From: Oceanispirochaeta sp. | GTDB taxonomy: Bacteria > Spirochaetota > Spirochaetia > DSM-2461 | Length of the DNA stretch: 64,000 nucleotides | Direction of reading: 5' to 3' | Assembly: GCA_963663385.2 (NCBI GenBank) | Contig: CAXXXD010000002.1 | Location: 512,001-576,000 of the forward strand | In this document: positions 36,067 to 46,300 of the stretch, piece by piece | Position numbering within the stretch: position 1 is the stretch's first letter | Layout: each line of letters opens with the position of its first letter | Notes under the pieces: generated by a model | What the model saw: the letters and a program-made list of their open reading frames with translations, nothing else | Database searches by the model: none | What the model was told of the DNA's origin: nothing | Made by a program: the position numbers and the translations under genes

Positions 36067-38595
36067 ATGAAAAAAGGAAATTCAGTGAACATACATATAC
36101 AAACCAAAGGAATTCTCGGTCTTCTCCTGTTATTTCTGTCTGCAATTCTCCCGGCGGAGGATATAGGGATTACTGTCAGTGACAGGGATCTGGAAATCCC
36201 TCTGGAAGGAGCCATGATTCAGCTGGTAGGCGAAGGGGCGCCGGTTTACACAGGAATGGACGGATCGGCTGTGATAGCTGTTTCAGAAAGTATGGAAAGG
36301 GTTGTTCTGCTGATATCCTATCCGGGGTATGAAGGGATCCGTCTTCCTGTTGCTTCCGGCGAAACCGAGCTGGATGTCACCATGATCCTGTCCGGATTTA
36401 TCGAAGGAGAGGAGCTGGTTGTGGAACGCTCCGCTCCGGGCGAGAGCGATGAGGAAGTGGGGGTTTCGGTTGTCATGGACCGGGAGGAGATGAGCACCAC
36501 AGCCAATATCGGGATTGTAGAGGATGTAATGTCCTCCATTAAAACCCTCCCGGGTGTGGGCTATACCTCCGGTTGGGATGCGCAGCCCTCTATCAGGGGC
36601 GGTTACCCCGATGAACTGGCCGCAACCCTGGACGGCTTCTATGTTACCTACCCCTTTCATTGGGGAGGCGCCTACTCCATTTTCAATCCCAATATGGTGG
36701 ATACCGCCAAACTCTCCCACGGGATTTACTCGGCCCGGTACGGAAGGGCCATGTCGGCGCTGCTGGAGATCAGTACGAAAACCCCGGATGAACCGGAACT
36801 GCGGATTGACGGCGCCTTTACCACGACATCTACGGATCTGTTTATGCGTTCACCTCTGGGCAGTTCCTCCGGACTTTTTCTGGGAGGAAAGGTTACCTAC
36901 ATGGATACTCTCAAATGGGCCTTCCCGGGTGAAACGGAAGATATGGTTACCATGCCCTATATCCGGGATCTGTACGGAAAGTACTACTGGCAGCCTACAA
37001 CCTCCGTTAATCTCTCTTTAAACGGTTTTCTGGGAACCGACGGGATCGGCGTGGACACAGGTGTGGAGGAAGACGGTTTTTCCACGGATGTTTTTTTCGA
37101 TTACGACTATATCAACTCCTTTGTTTCGGGCAGCGTGGAATGGTCCCCTACGGACAAACTGTTTATTGATATGCTGGGCGGGTACAACTGGAATATTATG
37201 AATATGGAGTATGACGTTACTAACAACGGATCCCGTGAGTACAGCGAGGTGTTTCTGGAAGAGTACGGGGAACTCCTCGGATTGAGCGAGGGTGACACCT
37301 ACTCCATCGACGGTCTGCGGGATTACGGTACTTCCGATACGGACCTGCGGCAGGCCCAGTTCAAGCTGTCAGCGGAGAACCTGGTTAAGGATGGGGAGAT
37401 ACTTGCCCTGGGGACGGAGGAAGTCTTTAAACAGACCAGTCAGAAGACGGATTTTACGGGCTGGTACAGCATGTATGACGGAACTTCCTTTGAACTGGAT
37501 CAGAAGTCTTTCAGTACGAAAGTGGACGATAACTACTCCCTTAATTCCTCCCTGTTCCTCCTCTGGGAGCATGGGGGGGATCACTCCCGTATAAACAGCG
37601 AACTGGGGGTCCGTGGGGAGCACTACTATATCTGGAATGATGACTTCAGTATGCACGCCAAACCGGTGATAAATCCCCGGGCCAGCCTGACCTGGACCGC
37701 CCTGGAGGACGGACGTTGGCTGGATGAGCTGAACCTTTCCTGCGGATCAGGCGTTTTCTCCTTCTTCCCCCTTAATACGGAGCTGCTGGAAGAGCGGTAC
37801 GGGATCGATGACTGGACGGTAAATCCCGATCAGGCCCTTTTCAATGTGGTGGGCGCGGAGCTGCTGCGGGAAGACTGGAAGGTATCCTTCGAAACCTATT
37901 ACAAACACTACCTTAACCGCCTGGTCCTTACCACGGAGGAGGATGACGCCGGAGAATCCCAGCTCTTCTACAATACGAAGGGGAAGGGATATGCCGCCGG
38001 TTTCGATATAATGCTTCAGAAAAAATCCGGACGGAAGTGGGACGGGTACCTGACCTATTCCTTTATTTACGCGCGCTTCTACAATCCCTCCAATACGGGA
38101 ACGAAGGAGGAGGCGGAAGACTCCTTTACCAATAGCGGAGAGCCCCTGGATCAGTGGTTCTACCCCTATTATCACCGCTTTCATAACCTTAACCTGGTAT
38201 TCAACTGGCATTTCAGGCCGGGGTGGACCTTCTCGGTTATCGGTTCCCTGGCCAGCGGAGCGCCCCGGGACAAGGTGGGGGATATCACAATGTACCCGGC
38301 CATCTACGAGGGAACGCCTATCGAACAGTATGCCCGGACAGCTTCCTATTCGGACAGCCTTCGGGATGAAATTTCCGCTCCCGTTGATATAAAGGTATCC
38401 TACGGCCACTATAAGGAAGGATCCAAAGTGTACTGGGAGTGGTATGTTGCTCTGGAGGATATCCTCTCCAATGTGTACTCTCCGGGAACCAACTCCACCT
38501 TCAACTCCTATACGGGAGAGGAAAACAAGGATACTTCCGCCGATTTTGACCTGGGATTTCCCATACCTTCCTTCGGGATCAAGGTCAGTTACTAG
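36067..38595 (+). CDS. TonB-dependent outer-membrane receptor
   Basis: Signal peptide, ISYPGY carboxypeptidase-regulatory-like domain, plug TLPGV...SIRGG...LDG...YSARYG, C-terminal GIKVSY; same operon as exbB/exbD/tonB. Confidence 0.88.
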   Translation: MKKGNSVNIHIQTKGILGLLLLFLSAILPAEDIGITVSDRDLEIPLEGAMIQLVGEGAPVYTGMDGSAVIAVSESMERVVLLISYPGYEGIRLPVASGETELDVTMILSGFIEGEELVVERSAPGESDEEVGVSVVMDREEMSTTANIGIVEDVMSSIKTLPGVGYTSGWDAQPSIRGGYPDELAATLDGFYVTYPFHWGGAYSIFNPNMVDTAKLSHGIYSARYGRAMSALLEISTKTPDEPELRIDGAFTTTSTDLFMRSPLGSSSGLFLGGKVTYMDTLKWAFPGETEDMVTMPYIRDLYGKYYWQPTTSVNLSLNGFLGTDGIGVDTGVEEDGFSTDVFFDYDYINSFVSGSVEWSPTDKLFIDMLGGYNWNIMNMEYDVTNNGSREYSEVFLEEYGELLGLSEGDTYSIDGLRDYGTSDTDLRQAQFKLSAENLVKDGEILALGTEEVFKQTSQKTDFTGWYSMYDGTSFELDQKSFSTKVDDNYSLNSSLFLLWEHGGDHSRINSELGVRGEHYYIWNDDFSMHAKPVINPRASLTWTALEDGRWLDELNLSCGSGVFSFFPLNTELLEERYGIDDWTVNPDQALFNVVGAELLREDWKVSFETYYKHYLNRLVLTTEEDDAGESQLFYNTKGKGYAAGFDIMLQKKSGRKWDGYLTYSFIYARFYNPSNTGTKEEAEDSFTNSGEPLDQWFYPYYHRFHNLNLVFNWHFRPGWTFSVIGSLASGAPRDKVGDITMYPAIYEGTPIEQYARTASYSDSLRDEISAPVDIKVSYGHYKEGSKVYWEWYVALEDILSNVYSPGTNSTFNSYTGEENKDTSADFDLGFPIPSFGIKVSY

Positions 38596-38607
38596 GAGCG
38601 GTACGGA

Positions 38608-39486
38608 ATGAATACTACAAGGACAAGTATGAACAGAATAAAAGGTGTTTTACTACTGGCGGCTGCTGCCGCCCTTTTCTCCTGTGCCACAGGACAGGAT
38701 GTCCGTGTCTGGGAAGGGAGGATGGAAAACTACGGCTCCTATCCCCATGAGTGGGTTCTGAGCTGCAATGAAGCGGGACAGGCCTCCTTTTCCCTGCCCT
38801 ACGGCGAGGGAATCCGCATTACCGGGGAGGCTTTCCCGAGGGACGGAGGTCAGTGGATCTTTCATATGGACTATCTGGAGTGGTTTTCCAACTGGCACAG
38901 AGGCTGGACGGAAGCCCGGTTCGGTATGACCGGCAGCCTGCTGCTCATTCCAGACGGACAGGAGTGGCGGATGGAAATACAGGAACCTCCGGAAATCGAT
39001 TCGGTTCTGGAAGGGCAGATCAGGTACAGGGAAAACAGGTATTACGGCGACCGGTCCAGGGATATGGTCAGCAGGCGATGGGCCCGGATTTCCGCGGCGG
39101 CCCCGTTTATCCGGGAAGAGCTGGATATGGGCGCCTATAAGTTCTCCCATAAAAAGAAAGGGTTCTACTCGAAGGAATTCCTGCGGGATCTGGAATCCCT
39201 CCTCTTTCCCGAACTCTACGGATTTTCTGAAAAATGCCCCGAGCCGGATGGCGAGGTTTCTGCCCGGGATGAACGGTATGTACGGGGAGAGAATGTCCGC
39301 TGGGACACCCTGTACAGCAGAACATACCTGCCCGGAGAGCTGCAGCCCCTCCGGGATTCGGGAACCCTTCTGCGGGATTACGAAGAGGGGGCCGGCCTGT
39401 TTGTGATGGCCCTTACCTGGAATCTTCTGTGGGATGAGATGATTCCCGCTTCACATATTGTACGGATAAGCGAAGGAGCTGAATAA
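38608..39486 (+). CDS. Lipoprotein of unknown function in the TonB operon
   Basis: LFSCAT lipobox-like site, Trp/Tyr-rich, coupled to exbB. Confidence 0.75.
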   Translation: MNTTRTSMNRIKGVLLLAAAAALFSCATGQDVRVWEGRMENYGSYPHEWVLSCNEAGQASFSLPYGEGIRITGEAFPRDGGQWIFHMDYLEWFSNWHRGWTEARFGMTGSLLLIPDGQEWRMEIQEPPEIDSVLEGQIRYRENRYYGDRSRDMVSRRWARISAAAPFIREELDMGAYKFSHKKKGFYSKEFLRDLESLLFPELYGFSEKCPEPDGEVSARDERYVRGENVRWDTLYSRTYLPGELQPLRDSGTLLRDYEEGAGLFVMALTWNLLWDEMIPASHIVRISEGAE

Positions 39487-40178
39487 TGACAGAACAGTGG
39501 AGTCTGATACGATTTTTTGAGATGGGCGGCGTTTTTATGTGGCCGCTCCTGGTGTTTTCCATCCTGACGGTCGGTTTGATACTGGAACGGGTGCTTTATC
39601 TGCTGATTCACGATCTGAGAGCGGAACGGGTCCGGAGAGAACTTATGCCCTATATTGAAGACGGTCATATCAGGCAGGCCGAAGAGTTTCTGAACGGGTT
39701 GAAACCCCGGAATGTCTCCGGCCGGATCCTCCGGGAGATCATGAAGAACGCCCCTTACGGGGAACACCGGATGGAGAAGGCTGTGGAGGCGGAAGGGCAG
39801 GAGCAGATCCGCCGCCTGGAAAACGGCTTCAACTTTCTCTCGGCTCTGGCTTCCATCTCTCCCCTGACGGGATTCCTGGGAACTGTTTCGGGTATGATCG
39901 GTGCTTTCCGCTCCATTGCCGAGGCGGCGGATGTAAACGCTCAGCTGGTAGCCAATGGGATATATGAGGCTCTTCTGACAACCGTCTTCGGTCTGATCAT
40001 CGCGATTATCGCCCTGGTGGGATACAATATCCTGGCCCACCGGGTCGATACCTTTGCCGCGGATATTACCAAGGTCTCCAGCGATATGGTGGCTGCCCTG
40101 AGTATCCGGGCGGAGGAGCTGAAGGACAGGGCTCCCCTTTCTACCCCCAAACCGGAATTCCGGGAAACTACAGCGTGA
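39486..40178 (+). CDS. exbB: MotA/TolQ/ExbB proton channel
   Basis: GGVFMWPL, SPLTGFLGTVSGMIGAF, GIYEALLTTVFGL. Confidence 0.92.
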   Translation: MTEQWSLIRFFEMGGVFMWPLLVFSILTVGLILERVLYLLIHDLRAERVRRELMPYIEDGHIRQAEEFLNGLKPRNVSGRILREIMKNAPYGEHRMEKAVEAEGQEQIRRLENGFNFLSALASISPLTGFLGTVSGMIGAFRSIAEAADVNAQLVANGIYEALLTTVFGLIIAIIALVGYNILAHRVDTFAADITKVSSDMVAALSIRAEELKDRAPLSTPKPEFRETTA

Positions 40179-40597
40179 AACTGAAGAAGTTCTTTACCCA
40201 TAAGGCGGATGATCCCATGGGGGCTCTCAATGACTTGAGTTTCCTTCTGATTATCTACTTTCTGGTGATTGCCGGATTCAATACCAATATGGGGTTTCTT
40301 CTCAATCTCCCTTCAAAAGAGAAGCCCCGGATTGTGCAGAAGGAGGACCTGCTGAAGCTCAATCTGACCGCATCGGGGGATCTGCTTTTTCTGGATGAAC
40401 CCCTGAATGAAGATGCTCTGGATGAACTTCTCAAGGAGAACCTGAAGGTTCATCCCAACCTGACGGTGGCCCTTTCCATTCATCCCGATGTTCCCTATCA
40501 GAGGTTTGTGGATACCCTCCATATTATTAGAGTGCAGAAAGTGGAGAACTTTTCGTTTATTATGCAGGAGAGTTCAGGGGAGGGGGGTACTTTATGA
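40175..40597 (+). CDS. exbD: ExbD/TolR family protein
   Basis: LNDLSFLLIIYFLV TM segment with the conserved Asp, VPYQRFVDTL. Confidence 0.85.
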   Translation: MKLKKFFTHKADDPMGALNDLSFLLIIYFLVIAGFNTNMGFLLNLPSKEKPRIVQKEDLLKLNLTASGDLLFLDEPLNEDALDELLKENLKVHPNLTVALSIHPDVPYQRFVDTLHIIRVQKVENFSFIMQESSGEGGTL

Positions 40598-40998
40598 TCA
40601 GTCTGAAAAGCAAACGCCGCCCCCCTTCGGCCCCCCTTTCGGCCATGTCGGATATCGGCTTTCTCCTCCTTATTTTTATTATGCTCCTCTCCCTGATCAA
40701 CTACCGGAAGGAAGAGAAGATCGAGTACCCCGAAGCAAAGCAGGTGGAGCGGACCGAGGCGGAGCATCAGCTGGAGATCTGGATCAGCCGGGAGGGCGCT
40801 GTTACGGTAGAGGGGCATAATCTGAACGCGAAAGAGCTGGAACTGCTTATTACCGAGGCCTTTGTGGAGCACCCCGACCTCAGAATCCATATACTGGCAG
40901 ACAGGGGAACCCCCTACCGTCATGTGGACGGGGTTGTGACGATTCTGCAGCTGCTGCAGCATCGTGTGGTGAGTTTTGTGGTAAAGGAGGATCTGTAA
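40594..40998 (+). CDS. exbD: ExbD/TolR family protein (second copy)
   Basis: MSDIGFLLLIFIML, ADRGTPYRHV. Confidence 0.87.
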   Translation: MISLKSKRRPPSAPLSAMSDIGFLLLIFIMLLSLINYRKEEKIEYPEAKQVERTEAEHQLEIWISREGAVTVEGHNLNAKELELLITEAFVEHPDLRIHILADRGTPYRHVDGVVTILQLLQHRVVSFVVKEDL

Positions 40999-41624
40999 TG
41001 GGCGCTATGACATTCCCTCTGAACGAAGGCAGTATAACCCGCCTTATCCGATACAGTATTCTGACCCTGGCTGCGCTGGCCCATCTTTTTCTGCTTTTAT
41101 ACTTTAAATTCAATATTACCAGGGAAGCTGCTGTAGCTGAACCCGAGGCGGAAGTGATCAAACTGGTGGATTTTCAGGAGTATATCCCGCCGCCCCCTCC
41201 CAGGCCGCAGCCTAAAAAAGAGGTGATTGAGGTGAGTGATCAGCCCTCTGTGGCAGAAGAGATTATCGAAGTGGATGAGGAAGTGGTCGAAGTGGAGGAA
41301 GCCCCGCCGGTCCCCCGGGAACCGGAGTATCTGCCCCAGCACAAGATTTCCAGAATCCCGGTTATCCCGACCAAGGAAATTCTGGACCGGATCGTCTATC
41401 CGCCCATGGCCCTCCGGCAGAAACTGGAAGCCGTGGTTTATGTGGAACTCTACATTGATCAGACCGGACTGGTCCGGCAGGTTGTGGTCCTGAAGGACCC
41501 CGGGAACGGTTTTGCCGAAGCTGCACTGGATGCCCTTGAGGGACTGCAGTGCGGCCCGGCGGAAGCCAATGGAAAACCTGTGGCTGTCCGGTTCCGTTAT
41601 CCTATCCGTTTTGTGCTGGAGTGA
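40998..41624 (+). CDS. tonB: Energy transducer TonB
   Basis: N-terminal TM with His, Pro/Glu-rich linker, YPPMA and PAEANGKPV in the C-domain. Confidence 0.9.
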   Translation: MGAMTFPLNEGSITRLIRYSILTLAALAHLFLLLYFKFNITREAAVAEPEAEVIKLVDFQEYIPPPPPRPQPKKEVIEVSDQPSVAEEIIEVDEEVVEVEEAPPVPREPEYLPQHKISRIPVIPTKEILDRIVYPPMALRQKLEAVVYVELYIDQTGLVRQVVVLKDPGNGFAEAALDALEGLQCGPAEANGKPVAVRFRYPIRFVLE

Positions 41625-41713
41625 TAAAAATCACATGTCTGATGATGTATTTTTATATATAAAATTGTTCATTACCTTGCATTATCGGAATTATTTTCCT
41701 AAAATGTAAGGTA

Positions 41714-42895
41714 ATGGTAGATCGAAGAATCCTGAACAAGTTGGAACAGATCGTAAATAAAGTGCCTGCCGTGGTATTATTAGGACCCCGTCAGGTAGGA
41801 AAAACGACTTTAGCTCAGCATTTTTCTGAATTGAAAGATTCTGTATATCTTGATCTGGAGTTTCCTGAAGATCTGTTGAAACTGGATGATCCTTTAATGT
41901 ATCTATCTCGATATAGTGATAAACTAATCATCCTTGATGAAATACAGCGTGTCCCGGATTTGTTTCTTGTTCTTCGGGGAGTGATTGATAAGAATCGCAG
42001 GGAAGGTAAAAAAGGCGAACAGTTCCTGCTTTTAGGTTCCGCTTCCATGGATTTAATGAGGCAATCATCAGAAAGTCTGGCCGGACGTATAAGTTATATC
42101 GAAATGTGCGGATTTAATGTGCTGGAGATTCTTGATAACAATCCACGAAATATTGATAGACTTTGGCTGAGAGGTGGTTTTCCTGAAAGCTATCTGGCTG
42201 AATCCGATCAAGACAGTATGGAGTGGCTTGAAATGTTGATCCGCACATATGTCGAAAGAGAAGTTCCTCAAATGGGATTTCGTATCCCCGCATCCAGATT
42301 ACGACGACTCTGGACAATGCTGGCTCATCTTCAGGGAGAGAATATTAATTTTTCTAAATTAGGTGGGAACCTGGAGGTCGACGGAAAAACGGTAAGTAAT
42401 TATCTGGATATTCTCATTGACCTGCTTCTTGTCAGACGCCTGAATCCATGGCATGAAAATGTAAAAAAAAGACTGGTGAAATCCCCACGGTTCTATGTGA
42501 GAGACAGTGGGTTAATGCATAGGCTTTTAGGAATCTCCCATATTGATGAATTAATGGGAAATCCTGTGTTGGGAAAGAGTTGGGAAGGGTTTGTTATAGA
42601 AAATATACTATCCGTACTGCCGAGCAGGATTGAACCGTACTATTATCGTACTTCCGCCGGTGCGGAAATTGATCTAGTCTTGAATATATCGGCTAGGGAA
42701 CGGTGGGCCATTGAGATAAAACATGGGATCGTACCCAGGATCCCATCCGGATTTAAGTTGGCATGTGAAGATATCGGAGCTACTCGTAAATTTGTAGTTT
42801 ACGGTGGTAATGAAGAGTTTCCAATTAAAAACAATACAACTGTAATTTCTCTGGAGAGAATTATGACTCTTCTGATTGATGAAATTGACAACTAA
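41714..42895 (+). CDS. AAA_14 ATPase with DUF4143 C-terminal domain
   Basis: GPRQVGKT, ILDEIQ, LLGSAS, ESLAGR, RGGFP, VKSPRFYVRDSG, YYRTSAGAEIDL, AIEIK. Confidence 0.92.
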   Translation: MVDRRILNKLEQIVNKVPAVVLLGPRQVGKTTLAQHFSELKDSVYLDLEFPEDLLKLDDPLMYLSRYSDKLIILDEIQRVPDLFLVLRGVIDKNRREGKKGEQFLLLGSASMDLMRQSSESLAGRISYIEMCGFNVLEILDNNPRNIDRLWLRGGFPESYLAESDQDSMEWLEMLIRTYVEREVPQMGFRIPASRLRRLWTMLAHLQGENINFSKLGGNLEVDGKTVSNYLDILIDLLLVRRLNPWHENVKKRLVKSPRFYVRDSGLMHRLLGISHIDELMGNPVLGKSWEGFVIENILSVLPSRIEPYYYRTSAGAEIDLVLNISARERWAIEIKHGIVPRIPSGFKLACEDIGATRKFVVYGGNEEFPIKNNTTVISLERIMTLLIDEIDN

Positions 42896-43035
42896 TACTT
42901 ATTTAATCGCATAAAGTGAAGAACTGTACTCTTATCCCCACTCACATTGTGATGGAGTAAGGGAGATCTTCCTGAAAATTTGCAAAAAAATCTACCCTAA
43001 AAACCAGGAGGCTGGTACGGCTGTAATGTTGTCGC

Positions 43036-43200
43036 TCACTTTATGAACTTTTCTGTTTGTTTTATTTCAAAAGCATAATATCCGTCAGGAGTTTCAATTA
43101 AAAGATCGACCTCTCTTCCATCGGTAGTTCTCAGATGGAAACATTCTGCCTGAATCTGCCATGTCTTTATCTGTTTGAAAATCTCACTTACAACGGCACT
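43036..43200 (-). pseudogene. Orphan C-terminal fragment of a second AAA_14/DUF4143 gene
   Basis: Minus strand reads SAVVSEIFKQIKTWQIQAECFHLRTTDGREVDLLIETPDGYYAFEIKQTEKFIK*, with no start or N-terminal part. Confidence 0.8.
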
Positions 43201-43282
43201 TTTTAACTAAATTGCAAATATTACGTCAAAAATAGCAAGTGTAGTGAAAATATTACGTCGGTAAAGAATATCGGAGTATAAA

Positions 43283-43315
43283 AAAGCCTGCTCCTCAATC
43301 AGAAGAGCAGGCTTT
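43283..43315. terminator. Intrinsic terminator of the carboxylase gene (bidirectional-looking)
   Basis: aaagcctgctc...gagcaggcttt with A- and T-runs on both sides. Confidence 0.8.
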
Positions 43316-43347
43316 GTTTTGTTAACTGATATATAAAAAATATATTA

Positions 43348-46300
43348 TTACTTACAGTTTTTCATCCCTTCTTCAACCGATCTGATCAGATAAGGCCGGA
43401 TTGTCTCGGGCGTAACCACATCATCAATGGAACCGACCTCTTTGGCCCGGGCCACACTGTGAATCTGATCGAACTTCTGACCCAGGGATGTCTGCTTTTC
43501 ATTGTAGACTTTCTGGAAGAGCTCATCATAATCCTTCTGGGTGCACATTCCGCTGTCCAGGAAATTCCGGCACTCCGCAATCCGGGGATCCAGGTAGGTT
43601 TCCCGGCTGACTTCCCGGGGGAAGACGACCGCTGCCGCAGGCGCCCCTCCCAGTACGGAAGCGAAAGAGCCCTGTACCGCCCCGGCCCGCATATTGGGGT
43701 TCAGGGATTTGGAGAAGACAACGTAAGCCCCTCCATGATAACGGGCCACAACCAGGAATGAGATGGGACCTTTGAAGTTTACAATGGCCCGGCCGATCTC
43801 CGCTCCGTATTCAAGCTGAAGGTTCCGGAGACTTTCGGGTGAACCGTCGAATCCGGACAGGTTGGCCAGAATGACCAGAGGCATCCGGCCGGAGAAGGAG
43901 TTGATACCCCTGGCTACCTTTTTGGAGGACTGGGGAAACAGGGTTCCTCCTGTCCACATTTCCGGTCCGTCGTGGGGGATGGAGCCGAATCGGGGGAGGG
44001 GCCGGCTCTCGATGCCGATCATACCCGCCGCATATCCGCCTATTCTGGTTTCCCAGATGATGGAGGTATCCGCGTCCTTCATCCGCTGCCATCTTTCGAA
44101 GTAGCCGGCGTCTCTGTCTATGACGGAAGACATAACCTGACGGATGTCAAAAGGTTTCTTCCTGTCCGGGTTTTTATACATGCTGAAGATATCCCCGATG
44201 GTTTCAAATCCCTGATCCAGAAAATCATTGTAGGGTTCTTTTGTAATATCCCTGTTGGCAGGATCGTTTGTTGTCATTCGGGGGGGGAAAGACTCTCCCG
44301 GCGCTTTATAGCTGTATCTGTAGTGATCCAGGAGCATCTGATAGGCATCCGCCAGGGTGCGGGCCCGCAGCTGGGACTGGCCGTTGGGGGCCATTATCTT
44401 TTCCGCTCCGCCGATATCCAGGTTGGTTTCTCCCGAAACGGAACCGGAGAAGTCCAGGGCCCTTTTTCCGGTGAGCAGCATGGATGCGTCGTCGGTCATT
44501 ATCAGGATACCCTTGTTGTGCATAAGCATGGTGGCTTCCGCATTCCAGTAGGACTGGGCTCCCACATTAACACCGGGGACGATAACATTGATCTCTCCGC
44601 CGTTCTGGGTAAACTCTATAATCCGTTTCAGCGCCGCTGCGGTCCAGTCCAGGTTTTCCGTACCGGTCTGCATATCGATCTTGGCTCCCGAGGAGACAGG
44701 CAGCCACTCAACCGGGATCTGCCGTTCTTCCGCCAGATCCAGAGCGCCTATGACACAGCGGGATTCCGGTTCGGCCAGGCTGCCCAGGTCCTTTGTGGGA
44801 TCCGACAGGATAATCACCCTTTCCAGAGTCGTTTTATGATCGGGGTGGGGGTGTCTGATAATACCGAAAACCATATTGGATCTGTTTTCGCCGAAGATCC
44901 TGTCTTTGACGGAAACCGTCGTCTGCTCTCCATCAGGGCTTACTTCGATATCATACTCTTCAAAATCTCCTCTGGGGAATCCCTTGTAAAGGGGGAGTCC
45001 CGAATAGGTTATCATTTTGAGGAACTCGTAGGGGTAGACCATATTCCGCTGACGGGCCCGTACCACTTTTCCTGTGTAGCTGTCCTGGATTTCCAGGGCG
45101 TGGGTCTGGGGCTTGCGGCTCCGCATGGTGAACTGGTCCTGGGAGATATTGCTGATAATCAGTTCCAGTTCCCGCACCTTATCTTCGGACCAGCGTTTCC
45201 GTCTTGTGTAGACAACAATCTTCTCCAGTCCCAGATCATGGGTCTGGGGGAGGATGTTCAGTCCGTAGTTCTGCATCTGTTTCAGTTTCAGGTTGGCCAG
45301 GGAGCGGTTGTGCATGATGATGCGGTTCCACTGCAGGCGGAATTTATACTTGGCCTGAACCGAACGCATGGCAAATACCGCGTCGTTAAAGGCGTTTTCG
45401 AAGAGGATCATCCGGTCTATATTATGTTCATCCGCCCATTCGGGTTTGGGATCGGTAAAACTGGCCAGGGCAAAGAGTCTCTTTTCCCTGGGATTTTCGA
45501 TGGCTGTGGATTCCAGAAGGGTTACCGTATTGGATTTATAGAGAACCGTATGATCAAAATTCTGCAGTCTGATAACCCGGAGCTCCCGGAATTCCAGGGG
45601 GCTGAATCCCCGGGCCAGGCGGTACTCTTCCCAATGGTTTTCATGGTTCAGAAAGGTCCGGTAGAACTGGGGTTCCTTTGCCGAAAACCAGCCGACACAG
45701 AGTTTTCTGACCCTGGAATCTATTGTCCAGGGAGCCTTGTCCAGGTAGGCCGTTTCCGCCGGTTTTTCAGCGCGGATAACAAGAGTTATGGTTATATTTT
45801 CCTTCCACCCGGATAGGGAAACCAGTTCATTTATCAGGCTTTCCCTCATATCCTCTATATCTACAACACAGGTGATATCTTTATGCAGGACATTCAGATC
45901 AAGGTTCTGACTTTCGCAGAAATAGGCATTCAGCCCTTCTGCGCTTCGGATTTCTCCTTTTTTGAACTCCCTGTCCCTGTTCAAACGGCGTCCCATGGCT
46001 TCAAGGCCGAGGGCGTTGTGCTTCGGATTGTTTTCCAGGGCCATTTCAGCCAGTCTATCCATGATATCCGCGGCCGAATCGATGATAACATCCATAAACC
46101 CGTTTCGTTCGCTCTCTTCAAGCATCTTCTCAATGGCTTCACTCTGGAGTCTTTTTATTTCATCGACTGTTACGGTATCGATAATTTTATACCTGGCGTA
46201 CAGGGCCGCATCGGCCGCAGAGGGATCGATTGTCTGGGTCAGAGCAACAATCCGTCCGATTACCCCGGACAGTTCCGGGTGGTCTTCCCTGGAAATCGGA

